A stretch of 64,000 bases of DNA from Planctomycetota bacterium (GTDB lineage Bacteria > Planctomycetota > UBA8108 > SXIK01). The notes under the pieces were generated by a model. It saw nothing but the letters and a program-made list of their open reading frames with translations, was not told where the DNA came from and made no database searches. Of this stretch, positions 8,808 to 18,543 are shown one piece after another (the stretch's first letter is position 1; every line of letters begins with the position of its first letter). Position numbers and translations under genes: made by a program. The stretch covers positions 5,408,001 to 5,472,000 of the forward strand of contig OZ244999.1 in assembly GCA_965223265.1 (NCBI GenBank), read 5' to 3'.

Positions 8808-10208
8808 TTAGGGCAAGAAAGTGCACTTGCCATCGTTGCGCTCGGCGAGCGTCAGCACGAACTGACGCATCGCGCGGCTCCTCACCTGTTCGAAGCTGAT
8901 CGTATGTATACGGCAGCGACGGTAGCGGTTCAAGCTGTCGACCATTCGGACAATGCCGTCGACGGATATTGGCCGATTCTCCTCGTCCTGAGGTCGTCCA
9001 TCGGTCAAAAGGTAAACTGTGTCTGCTTCACGAAATTCAAATGCTCGCGCCAGCGCCGCGTCTGTTCGAGTCGCACCGATGGCGTTGAGACCAGCGACCC
9101 AAGCGACGGCGGCAGCCTTGGCTTCAGTCGTCGCGGGCTGCAGATTTGACACGCCACCCCAGACGCCAATCTCATGACTAAAGCTCACCACTCCGAACGA
9201 CACGCGTTCAGGAAGCCCTCGAATCAGGGAGATTAGTTCGTTCTTAACGCGATTGATACGGGCTCGCGATGGTGGCAGCTCCTCGGGCTTCGGCTGGTTT
9301 TTCTTGCGGCGGTCGACGGACGTACGCGGCTTCGGGTCCGTATCGGGCGACAACTCCTCATCACGCTTGAGCATGCTGTGCGAGACATCGATCACGAAAA
9401 GAACCCGATCCGAATTGATCGGCACAGAGAAAAAACTGGGGCCAACCGATGTTCGGCCACGCCGACGCCGCTTTTCCTGACGCGGCGGGAGCTTGCCGGA
9501 GTCGAGATCAGCTTTGAAGTCGCGAACGTATCGCCTCCAAGCAGCGGCTCCCTTGTAGCTGCGTCCCGTGATCTCTTTCAACGTCGAAACGAGATCGTGG
9601 TACCGGCGGTCACGCCGCTCTTTCGGCTCGAGTCTCTCCAGCAGCTCGACCAACGGCTCGACAGACTCGGCTCGCCGCAGCTGCCGTAGTCTTAGAAGCG
9701 CGTAAAAGACAACGGAGGGCGACGGATCACTTAGGGCAGGGTGAAGCACGTCGAGAGCTGCGACGTGGTCCGTTCCTTCCGCCGCGAGCGAAAGCAACGC
9801 GATGCGGGCGCGGTAGTTGCGATGTTTCGTCGCCTGCAGGCGAACCAAGTTCAGGATCTTGGGATCTGTGATTTGCTGCAGTCGCCGCATGGTCTCGGCC
9901 TCGACCGCAGCCGAGGTGCCGAGGAACGCGTACCTGAGAAGAGCCTCGAACGATTCCGTAGACGAGATTTCGACGAGCTTCTCGACGACCTTCAACGCCT
10001 CTTGATCATCTCTGGCCTGCATCGCCAAACGGAGAGACCTGGCGAGTCGACCGACGTGACTCTTTTCCTTCTTCGACGCCCCTGACACGGGCGACACGGC
10101 AAAGATGCCCAGCAGCGACACACAAAGTAGAGCGAGGAACGCCGCACAGAGTCGAGCGCCGCGGCACCGCTCCGGGGCGCTTCCGTATGCATCATTCGGA
10201 CGGCCCAT
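8808..10208 (-). CDS. exported HEAT-repeat + von Willebrand factor A domain protein
   Basis: Signal-like FLALLCVSLLGIFAVSPVSGA, HEAT-like helices, MIDAS motif DVSHSM, T in GATRT, YLLTDG. Start uncertain; ORF extends to 10472. Confidence 0.85.
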   Translation of the reverse strand: MGRPNDAYGSAPERCRGARLCAAFLALLCVSLLGIFAVSPVSGASKKEKSHVGRLARSLRLAMQARDDQEALKVVEKLVEISSTESFEALLRYAFLGTSAAVEAETMRRLQQITDPKILNLVRLQATKHRNYRARIALLSLAAEGTDHVAALDVLHPALSDPSPSVVFYALLRLRQLRRAESVEPLVELLERLEPKERRDRRYHDLVSTLKEITGRSYKGAAAWRRYVRDFKADLDSGKLPPRQEKRRRRGRTSVGPSFFSVPINSDRVLFVIDVSHSMLKRDEELSPDTDPKPRTSVDRRKKNQPKPEELPPSRARINRVKNELISLIRGLPERVSFGVVSFSHEIGVWGGVSNLQPATTEAKAAAVAWVAGLNAIGATRTDAALARAFEFREADTVYLLTDGRPQDEENRPISVDGIVRMVDSLNRYRRCRIHTISFEQVRSRAMRQFVLTLAERNDGKCTFLP

Positions 10209-10640
10209 CGAGACCGCACGTTCTCCCGCGTCGACGTTGGCCGCGTTCACTCCCAACGCGTAGGGAGGACGACGCGCTGCCGCGACCCAAAATGCGCCCG
10301 AGGGCCGTAAACGCGCCCGAGTAGCGTCGGTCGACCATGGATGTTCGGAACTCTCTCTGAGCGCGCCAGCCGTCACGTCCTGTTCCGTCAGTGGATCGAG
10401 AGACATACCTTCTCCTGAAACTCGCTCAAGTTTCCGATCTGCACTCGTTCCATCACCAGGGAAACGCATCACATCGCGTCACGTCACCCGTTTTCGCCGC
10501 CGTCCCCCAGCAATGAGCTCCGGCATCGGCCTGGCCACCGCCCAACAGCGGTAGGTCTCAGCTCGAAACGGCGTGCTTCGGCTCGACGGAACTCCTCAGA
10601 TACAGATGGCCTGGGTACGCTCGCTCTCTGACTCTCTTAA

Positions 10641-10799
10641 CAGCCCGTTGAAAAAGTCATTCGGCCGAGAAACTGGCCTCTTCACGCCCAGATCGACCGC
10701 GGCGAGCCTCGAAAATCTCGGAGATTACCTACGTTCGCCGCGGCCGATCTGGACGCGAAGCGACCAGTTTTCGACTCGAAGCACTTTTTCAACAGGCTG
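10641..10799 (-). mobile_element. MITE-like element family A, copy 2 (loop type 2)
   Basis: TTAA-CAGCCCGTTGAAAAA...TTTTTCAACAGGCTG-TTAA with perfect TTAA flanks; opposite orientation to copy 1 and a different central loop. Confidence 0.9.
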
Positions 10800-10971
10800 T
10801 TAATCATCCTAACGCCTCCGTCCGAAAACGTGAACGGACGATATGGGATCAACTTTGGCCGGTACTCCTGGAATGTCCTATTCTTCGGTGAACGATTATT
10901 TAGAGATCTTAGATCAAGCCCAGGCGCAATAACCCTCCCCGAGTCGACAGATTCGGCGCCGACGCCGGTAA

Positions 10972-13900
10972 GTGAGTCTCCCTTCCCGGCGTGAGGCGCC
11001 CTTGCGAGCTCAGGTGCAGCGAACCTCGATGGACCTCTTCAAGCTACTGATGCAGCAAATCGAACGGCAAAGCGTGGGAACGCTGACGCTAGGCCGAATG
11101 AAGAGATTCCGTGAGATCTTCTTCGACCGAGACGCGGTCTATCTCGCAGGCAATGAGTTTGCCGGCAAGGTCGAATTCGACTCTCTCTTGTCCTCGACTC
11201 GCGTGCTCGAGAAAATCGACGTAGCTTCGCTTGAAGCGATCATCCTGAGCACCGACTTGAATCGCCATCTGCTTGCTCAGGTGCTTTTGGACCAGGGGCT
11301 GATCGATGCGGGTGAAGTGAAACCGCTGGCCGAAGCGCAATTGATGGAGGAATTTCTCCACCTCTTCGCGCGCGATGGTGGCTCGTTTCACTACCAGGAG
11401 GGGAGAGTTCCGGAGTGTCTCCTACAATACGACGCGATCCACACCCAAACCCCGGTGTCCCTGACTCGACTGGTCGAAGCGCTCGGGCAACGCCTCGAGT
11501 TCATGAAGAAATGCAGCGAGATCATTCCGTCCGTTGAGGAAACCTTTGTCATCACCGAGAAGGGGATGGCCTACAAGCAGTCAAACTCGGAAGACTTCGT
11601 CCTCCAGAGAATCTTCGGAATGATTGACGGCTTTCGCGATCTCAGTACGATCCTCGCCGACTCGTTTTTCTTTGAGCCGGTCATCTTGAGCACGATCTAC
11701 CAAGCCCTGGAGAACGGACATCTCAAGAAGGCTCGGATCCCGGAGCTGAACAATCTCCAGCCCGCCGGCTTCACACGAGACGAAGCGGCCCGGCACTTGC
11801 CGATCTTCAAAAACGCGGTCCGCCACGGCGTCGACGAACTTGGCGCACGTGGGAAGCTGGCCATCGTCTACGAAAAACTGGGAATGGTGGACGATGCGGT
11901 CATTCAGTACAACTTCATTGGCGACGCGCTGTTCCGGATGAATAAGGCGGGCAAGGCGATCAAGGCATATCAAGCCGCCCTCGCACTCAAACCCGGTGAA
12001 CAGCTTCTCACCGACAAGATCACGGAGATCTACATTTCCGCTGCGGAGGACGAACACGCCAGTGGCAACGTTGATCAATCGGTACAACTTCTCATCGGCG
12101 CCTTGAAGCTCCGTCCCGATGACGAGGTAGTTGGAGCCCGCGTCGTGCAGATTCTTGGAGATCACGGCCGGTTCGATGAACTGGATCGTATCTGCAGTAC
12201 CCTTCTAGGTGCACGGAAGAGCGAGAAGCAGCTCAAGGCCGCTCTGTGCTTGCTGGAAAGTGCGGTCGGTCGGCATCCAACTCACACCGGAATGCGCAAA
12301 CAGCTCATCAACCTCTACGTTGATTTACGGATGCCTGAGTCGGCCATTGAGCACATGGAGGTGCTCGCGAAGGCATTCGCAGACAAGGGAGACGTGGCAC
12401 GAGCTCAAGATCTTCTCGTGAAGATTCAGCGACTCGAGGGAACAACCCGGGCGCCAACGCGAGTCAGCTCCAAGATTCTGCAGAAAAAGAAAGGTCGCCG
12501 CAGCTCTACCCGAAAGAGCCGAGTCAAGAGAGTCGCCCTATGGATCTTTCTCCTAGTCTTCATGGCGTACCAAGCCTGGTCGTTCATGAACTGGAACGTG
12601 GTGAGTGAACGATTCGCCCTGCCCGGAATCCTTGCACCACGGTCAGTCAACGCTAAGTCCCTGGTCGAATCCCTTCCCGAAGAGCAGCGGGATGCTCTGC
12701 AGATCGTACCAGCGTCGACGGAACTGCGCTTCCGCAACTTGATTCTGGCATGCGACCGCTTCATGTACAAGCACCCTGCGAGCCTCTTCTCTCTGCAAGC
12801 AAAGTCGTTCCGGGATTGGGCGCGGACGAACATCAGGCTCCTCGAGAGACTGCGTGAGACGAACAAGCAACGGATCCTAGACGACGCACACGAGGACTTC
12901 GAAGAACAGGGGGATGTCGACCGGGCGACCTCGTTGCTGGCACAGCTCTTCACGTTGCCCGACAGTGACCCTTTCCACGGCAAGGCCCTACAACTGAAAG
13001 CCGAATTCGCTCGCCGCCGCGTGCCGTCAGCCACGGAAGTCGTTCGGCGAGCGGAGAAGTTCACCGCCATCGGCCAGTACGACAGCGCAAGCGAGCAATT
13101 AAGAGAACTCGCGTCGAGGTACCCCAATTCCGAAGCCGCAAAGAGCGCAACCGTCCCTCTACGAGTCATCTCCGTCCCGAGTGGTGCAAAGGTCTTCGAA
13201 CACGGCAAGGACGAACCGGTCGGCACTACGCCTTGTGTTGTCAGGATTCCGCTGCAGATTGACTCGATGATTCTGCACCTAAAGCGCAGCGGCTTTTCGG
13301 ACGTCTCCGAATTCGTGACCTCAGAAAAACTCTTTGAGTATCACGGCAAGATCGTTCGCGCTCTTGGACGGAGTAAGACCCGGGAGATCGCGACGCGACA
13401 CCCCGCCCACAAAACGCCAATCATCTCACAGAACTTCGCGCAGAACCTCGTTTTTTGGGGCGACAATCGCGGATCACTGTTGTGGTTTCGCCTGGGCGAT
13501 AGCGCTTCCGTGCGACAAAGATTCGTCACGAGCGGTGGCAACGTACGTCATGCGCCAACCTTGGGAGATGACGCGCTGTACTCGCTCTGGGAAGACGGCA
13601 AAATCCGCCGCCTGCCCTATGAGGAGCTCACCAGGATGAATCCGCGCGTGCAAACATTCGCTCTCAATCAACTTTCCTCGACGAACCTTTGTCGCATTCC
13701 GAAACGGCGCCTCGTGCTCACAGCTACGGATGGCCAAATCCATGCAGTCGACAGTGGCGGCATTCGCTCGCTCTTATCACGACGCAAAGAGTCGACCCTC
13801 GCTGAGCTGCGCCGTCCGACCGTGCTTCGATACAACGAGTTGCAAGATCAAATCGTCGTGGCCGATCGCCAGGGATTCATTCGCGGTTTCAAAATCCGCA

Positions 13901-14439
13901 GCAGTGGCCCTCGCCACTTCTTCTCTCCGACCTGGAGCCGCCACATCAGCGACGAAGCAGTGACTGCGCTTTACATCTCGGACCATGTTGTCGTGGCCAA
14001 GTCAGGCAGTGAGCTTCACCTCGCCCCCCTCGAGGAAGGGAAGCCAGTCAGTCGCACGGCAGCAAGCTGGAAGACAGTGGCGGCACCGAGCGCTTATTGC
14101 GTCCACGCTTCAGGTGCTGTCTTTACGTGGTCAAAAAAGAGTGGCCTGCGGCGCCACGGCGTCGACCGCACAGATGACGCTCCCCCGCCCGAACTCACCG
14201 AGATCATAGGCGCCCAAGAGCTCGAACGCCTGATCGCCATGCCGCGCTCAATCGCAGCTCTCTACCAAGCAGCAAACGAGCTCGGAGAGCGCGTGCACCG
14301 CGTGCTCTTCTTCGACATCGAGACGTTCCAACCGCAATGGGCCATCGATTGTCCAACCGCGCCGCTACACGTTTCGGGGGATGAAAAGTGGGTTGTCGTC
14401 GCAGAGGAGGCCACACTCAGCCTCTACGAATGGCCGTAG
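10972..14439 (+). CDS. DUF4388-like / TPR / transmembrane / PEGA / beta-propeller protein
   Basis: N-terminal GTLTL..EIFF (DUF4388-like), TPR helices, TM (ALWIFLLVFMAY), SVPSGAKV..GTTP (PEGA), C-terminal beta-rich repeats. Confidence 0.75.
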   Translation: MSLPSRREAPLRAQVQRTSMDLFKLLMQQIERQSVGTLTLGRMKRFREIFFDRDAVYLAGNEFAGKVEFDSLLSSTRVLEKIDVASLEAIILSTDLNRHLLAQVLLDQGLIDAGEVKPLAEAQLMEEFLHLFARDGGSFHYQEGRVPECLLQYDAIHTQTPVSLTRLVEALGQRLEFMKKCSEIIPSVEETFVITEKGMAYKQSNSEDFVLQRIFGMIDGFRDLSTILADSFFFEPVILSTIYQALENGHLKKARIPELNNLQPAGFTRDEAARHLPIFKNAVRHGVDELGARGKLAIVYEKLGMVDDAVIQYNFIGDALFRMNKAGKAIKAYQAALALKPGEQLLTDKITEIYISAAEDEHASGNVDQSVQLLIGALKLRPDDEVVGARVVQILGDHGRFDELDRICSTLLGARKSEKQLKAALCLLESAVGRHPTHTGMRKQLINLYVDLRMPESAIEHMEVLAKAFADKGDVARAQDLLVKIQRLEGTTRAPTRVSSKILQKKKGRRSSTRKSRVKRVALWIFLLVFMAYQAWSFMNWNVVSERFALPGILAPRSVNAKSLVESLPEEQRDALQIVPASTELRFRNLILACDRFMYKHPASLFSLQAKSFRDWARTNIRLLERLRETNKQRILDDAHEDFEEQGDVDRATSLLAQLFTLPDSDPFHGKALQLKAEFARRRVPSATEVVRRAEKFTAIGQYDSASEQLRELASRYPNSEAAKSATVPLRVISVPSGAKVFEHGKDEPVGTTPCVVRIPLQIDSMILHLKRSGFSDVSEFVTSEKLFEYHGKIVRALGRSKTREIATRHPAHKTPIISQNFAQNLVFWGDNRGSLLWFRLGDSASVRQRFVTSGGNVRHAPTLGDDALYSLWEDGKIRRLPYEELTRMNPRVQTFALNQLSSTNLCRIPKRRLVLTATDGQIHAVDSGGIRSLLSRRKESTLAELRRPTVLRYNELQDQIVVADRQGFIRGFKIRSSGPRHFFSPTWSRHISDEAVTALYISDHVVVAKSGSELHLAPLEEGKPVSRTAASWKTVAAPSAYCVHASGAVFTWSKKSGLRRHGVDRTDDAPPPELTEIIGAQELERLIAMPRSIAALYQAANELGERVHRVLFFDIETFQPQWAIDCPTAPLHVSGDEKWVVVAEEATLSLYEWP

Positions 14440-14535
14440 TCAAACGCTCGAGGGGCGACGAGCGAAGGGTTGACCCATTCGGCGGCGGACGCCCCGAAGA
14501 AGCAGAACGCCCCTTGGATCGGTCAACTCTGCCGC

Positions 14536-15999
14536 CTACGAGTTGATGATTTCGTCGAGTAGCTTGGCCACCAGACCGGGGTTCGCCTTGCCTTTCGTCG
14601 CCCGCATCACTTGGCCAACGAGGAAATTGACCGAGTTCTTCTTTCCTTCGCGAACGTCGTTGACGGCGCTTGGCTGCGACTTGATGACCTCTTCGACGGC
14701 CGCGCGCAAAACTTGATCGTCGCTGATTTGCCCGAGTCCCAGCTCGTCGATCACGACGTCGACCGCCTTGTCGTTGCCGAGCATCCCTTTGAACACATCA
14801 CGCGCCTTCTGCTTGCTCACGGCACCGGTGGTCGAGGCCTTGATTACGCTGGCCAAACGCTGCGGGCTGATTCCGATCGCTCCTGCGTCAACACCGCGAG
14901 CGTTCATCTCTTCGCGTACGTTGTTGACGAGCCAGTTGGCGATCTCTTGCGGCTCGTCGAGCTCGCTCCGGCAAGCGTCGAAGAAAAGCGCCAAGCTCGG
15001 GTCGCGCACGATGACATCTGCGTGGTAATACGACAAACCGAGATCGGTCTGCAGTCGATCGAGACGCGCGTTCGGCAGCTCCGGCAAACCCGCGCGCACT
15101 TCCTCGACCCAAGCTCGGTCGAACTCGAGCGGAACGAGGTCGGGGTCAGGAAAATAGCGATAGTCTTGCGCCTCTTCCTTACCGCGCATAGGGCGCGTCA
15201 CACCTCTATCCGGGTCAAACAAACGAGTCTCTTGCACGACAGAGGAGCCACTGCTTCGCAGCTTGATCTGTCGCTCGATTTCGTACGCGAGCGCGCTTTC
15301 CACGTTGGAAAACGAGTTGAGATTCTTGATTTCGCAGCGCGTCTCGAGTGCGTCACTACCGCGAGGCCGAATCGACACGTTCACATCGCATCGCAGCGAT
15401 CCTTCCTCCATGTTGCAATCGGAAACGCCCAAGTAGAGCATGGTCAATCGCAGCATGCGGAGATAGGCGCCGGACTCGTCAGGGGTTCGCAAGTCGGGTT
15501 CGGAAACAATCTCCATGAGAGGAACGCCAGCTCGGTTGAGATCAACCCAGCTCTCCGGCGCCCCTTCGGCATGGATGTTCTTGCCGGCGTCCTCTTCGAG
15601 ATGAATGCGTGTCAGGCCAATCGTCCGCGTCACGTCGTCGACTCGAATTTCGATGCCCCCACCACGGCAGAGTGGCAGATCGAACTGTGAAATCTGGTAG
15701 TTCTTCGGCAGGTCCGGATAGTAGTAGTTCTTTCGATCGAACTTACTGACTGGATCGATCTCGCATCCACACGCCAAACCAGCGCGAATTGTGGACTCGA
15801 CCGCGGCACGGTTGATGACGGGAAGTGAACCGGGAAGCGCAAGACACACGGGGCACGTGAGAGCATTCGGGTCTGCACCGAAACGGTTCTCGCAGCCGCA
15901 AAACATCTTCGTTTTCGTGCTCAACTGGACGTGGACTTCAAGCCCAATCACCGCCTCGAAAGGCGTCCCTGTCGTCGGGTCGGTTGACTTCGTCGCCAT
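14536..15999 (-). CDS. gatB: Asp/Glu-tRNA amidotransferase subunit B
   Basis: IGLEVHVQL, FDRKNYYYPDLPKNYQISQ, EEDAGK, EGSLRCDVNVS, DYRYFPDPDL. Confidence 0.98.
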   Translation of the reverse strand: MATKSTDPTTGTPFEAVIGLEVHVQLSTKTKMFCGCENRFGADPNALTCPVCLALPGSLPVINRAAVESTIRAGLACGCEIDPVSKFDRKNYYYPDLPKNYQISQFDLPLCRGGGIEIRVDDVTRTIGLTRIHLEEDAGKNIHAEGAPESWVDLNRAGVPLMEIVSEPDLRTPDESGAYLRMLRLTMLYLGVSDCNMEEGSLRCDVNVSIRPRGSDALETRCEIKNLNSFSNVESALAYEIERQIKLRSSGSSVVQETRLFDPDRGVTRPMRGKEEAQDYRYFPDPDLVPLEFDRAWVEEVRAGLPELPNARLDRLQTDLGLSYYHADVIVRDPSLALFFDACRSELDEPQEIANWLVNNVREEMNARGVDAGAIGISPQRLASVIKASTTGAVSKQKARDVFKGMLGNDKAVDVVIDELGLGQISDDQVLRAAVEEVIKSQPSAVNDVREGKKNSVNFLVGQVMRATKGKANPGLVAKLLDEIINS

Positions 16000-16001
16000 C
16001 G

Positions 16002-17465
16002 TCAGTCTCCGGCAGCGTGAATCGACGGCCGACGGAGGTGAAAGTCCGTGGCCTCCTGGTAGGCATGACCCAGTCTCAAGACGTCACCGTCGGCAAACGC
16101 TCGCCCATACAACTGCAGTCCGATCGGCAGGCCAGCCTCCGAAAACCCGCATGGCACAGAAAGACCAGGAATGCCAGCAAGGTTCGCGGGCACAGTCAGC
16201 ACGTCGACGGCGTAGAGCTTGAGCGGATCGTCAAATCGCTCACCGATGCCAAACGCAGTAACGGGCGAAGTCGGAGATACGAGCGCATCGACTTCCTCGA
16301 AGACCGTTTCGAAATCGCGGCGCACCAGCTTTCGAACCTGGCATGCCTTCTTGTAGAACGCATCGTGGTAGCCCGAGCTAAGGACAAACGTGCCGATCAT
16401 GACACGACGCTTGACTTCCGGTCCAAATCCCTCGTCGCGCGTCCTCGAGTACAGATCGATGAGTCCATCCGCATCCTTCGCGCGATGACCGTAGTGAATA
16501 CCGTCGTAGCGCGCCAGGTTCGAGCTCGCCTCTGCCGCAGAGATCAAGACGTAGACAGGGTTGGCGTACACGGTGTGCGGCATATCGACCTCGCGCACCT
16601 CGGCACCGAGTTCACGGAGCGTGTCGATGGCTCGCTCAACGGCGGCGCGCACGTCAGGATCAAGACCCTCTGGAAAGTATTCGCGCGGCACCCCCAGCTT
16701 GACCCCTTTGACGAGCGGCGAGATGGAATCGAGCCCAGAAGGCATCGGTTCGCGAGACGACGTGGAGTCGCGCCGGTCATGGCCACCGATGACATCGAGC
16801 ACCGCAGCGCACTCCGCAGCAGAGGTCTGGAGACAACCGATTTGATCGAGCGAGCTGGCGAAGGCGAGCAAGCCAAAACGCGAGACGCGTCCGTACGAAG
16901 GTTTAAATCCAGCAACACCGCAGTATCCAGCCGGTTGACGAATCGAGCCACCGGTATCCGATCCCAGGTGAATCATTCCGCACGTCGCGGCGGCGGTCGC
17001 AGCCGCGCCGCCACTGGAGCCACCGGGGACGTGACGATCGCTCCACGGGTTCTTCGTCGTCGCGAAAGCGGAATTCTCCGTCGACGAACCCATGCCGAAT
17101 TCATCAAGGTTGGTCTTGCCGACGCATACGGCCCCGGCGGCCTCAAGGCGCTCGATAACAGTGGCTGAATACGGCGCTGCGAATCTCTCAAGAATACGAC
17201 TACCAGCCGTCGTGTGACCGCAGGGTGTACAGATGTTGTCTTTAGCGGTGAACGCCACGCCAGCAAGTGGAAGTTCTTCGCCGGCGGCGATCCTTGCGTC
17301 GACCCGCTGCGCGGCGGTGCGGGCGGACTCGTGAAGGATTTCTTTGACCGAGTCGAGTCGTGGGTTCACCGCCTCGAGCTGCGAAAGAGCGTGCTCGATC
17401 GTTTCAGCGGCTCGGGCCTCGCCTCGACGCACGGCGTCGCGGACGTCGAAAATATTCGCGAACAC
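16002..17465 (-). CDS. gatA: Asp/Glu-tRNA amidotransferase subunit A
   Basis: KDN, GGSSGG, DTGGSIRQPA, SSNLARYDG, FGPEVKRR; lies between gatC and gatB. Confidence 0.98.
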   Translation of the reverse strand: MFANIFDVRDAVRRGEARAAETIEHALSQLEAVNPRLDSVKEILHESARTAAQRVDARIAAGEELPLAGVAFTAKDNICTPCGHTTAGSRILERFAAPYSATVIERLEAAGAVCVGKTNLDEFGMGSSTENSAFATTKNPWSDRHVPGGSSGGAAATAAATCGMIHLGSDTGGSIRQPAGYCGVAGFKPSYGRVSRFGLLAFASSLDQIGCLQTSAAECAAVLDVIGGHDRRDSTSSREPMPSGLDSISPLVKGVKLGVPREYFPEGLDPDVRAAVERAIDTLRELGAEVREVDMPHTVYANPVYVLISAAEASSNLARYDGIHYGHRAKDADGLIDLYSRTRDEGFGPEVKRRVMIGTFVLSSGYHDAFYKKACQVRKLVRRDFETVFEEVDALVSPTSPVTAFGIGERFDDPLKLYAVDVLTVPANLAGIPGLSVPCGFSEAGLPIGLQLYGRAFADGDVLRLGHAYQEATDFHLRRPSIHAAGD

Positions 17466-17466
17466 G

Positions 17467-17787
17467 TCACGCGCCTCCTACCTCGTCGGCACCGGAGTCG
17501 ATGATCCGCGGCACAACGAAGCTTCCGTCTCGGGCGGCCGGAGCGTTGCGGAGTCCCAACTCGCGTGCGAGCGACGGATCCACGACGTCCTCGCGCCACA
17601 CGTTGCGGGTGGCGACCGAGAAGTGTGTGGGGTCGATTGAGGTTGTGTCGAGCTCCTGGAGAGATTCGACGAACGACAAGATCTTCTCCAAGTGAGCCTT
17701 CATCTCCACTCTCTCTTCGGTCGTCAGAGCCAGTCTGGCTAGTCGCGCAACTTGGGAGACCAACTCGTCGGTCACCTGAATGTCCAT
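17467..17787 (-). CDS. gatC: Asp/Glu-tRNA amidotransferase subunit C
   Basis: VARLARL, ELDT, REDV, NAP..F.VPRII; operon position. Confidence 0.96.
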   Translation of the reverse strand: MDIQVTDELVSQVARLARLALTTEERVEMKAHLEKILSFVESLQELDTTSIDPTHFSVATRNVWREDVVDPSLARELGLRNAPAARDGSFVVPRIIDSGADEVGGA

Positions 17788-18082
17788 GAGGAATTCACCG
17801 CGATAGGTGTGGGGAGGAGTCGTGAGCGCATGCAGAGAGCTCTGGATTTTAAGAAGTGTCCTTTCGACGTCAAGAAGTTAGCGTCGCGCTGAAGAAAGTA
17901 GTGCCGACGAAAAAGTGCGATTCGGCGAGAAGACCGGTCGCATTCCCATGATGAGATCGATATTCTACCGGCAGCTTAGCGCCGCCATAGCGCATCGATC
18001 GACGCGTGCCGCCGGCGACACCGCCCGAAGCGCAGGCGTGAGGAAAAGGACGTGAGGCAAGAGGTGAAGCAGGGAGACGTGT

Positions 18083-18364
18083 ATGGAAGAACTGCATGAA
18101 GACGCGAAGGCAGGAAAACGCAGCGACGACGCGCTGCTGGACATAGAGGTCGAGGTGGCCGTGTCAGCCGCGCAGCGCTCGCTGCCGCTGCTGGACATTC
18201 TTGATCTTCAGGAAGGACAGCTCATCGAGTTCTCGGACCGCGCCGACGGCCCACTCACCATCACGACCAACGGTACGGAGCTTGGGTCGGGTTACGCGGT
18301 TGACGTTGGGGAGCGGCTTGGTGTTGAGATCGAGACGATCGATAGGCACGCCGCTGAACCTTAG
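18083..18364 (+). CDS. FliN/FliM C-terminal (SpoA) domain protein
   Basis: LLDIEVEVAV..LLDILDLQEGQLIEF..G.G.AVDVGERLGVEI pattern. Confidence 0.8.
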   Translation: MEELHEDAKAGKRSDDALLDIEVEVAVSAAQRSLPLLDILDLQEGQLIEFSDRADGPLTITTNGTELGSGYAVDVGERLGVEIETIDRHAAEP

Positions 18365-18531
18365 CAGCCTGCCTGAAAAAGTGCTTCGAGCCGAAAACTG
18401 GTCTCTTCGCGTCCAGATCGGCCGCGGCAAACGCAGGCAACCTTCGGGCCCTCTTCTTTCGATTCTGATGGCGAGTATTGACGCGGCCCGACTTTTTCAG
18501 GCGGGCCGGCGCGAAATGGCCAAACTCGAGG
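18365..18531 (+). mobile_element. family A copy 3 (right arm partly deleted) fused to a family B terminus
   Basis: Starts right after the FliN-like stop (TTAG-CAGCCTGCCTGAAAAA). A end GACTTTTTCAGGCGGGC runs into GCGCGAAATGGCCAAACTCGAGG-TTA. Confidence 0.88.
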
Positions 18532-18543
18532 TTAAGTTTTGGC

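Noticed and set aside
8238-8811. ORFs containing MAKLEV / VTSSLAISRR (also 565-837, 26024-26320, 30339-30846)
   Set aside because: They are translations of the non-coding A/B elements, with no transposase or other protein motifs.
14611-17168. long plus-strand ORFs (359 and 394 aa)
   Set aside because: Antisense to gatB/gatA; typical high-GC shadow frames.
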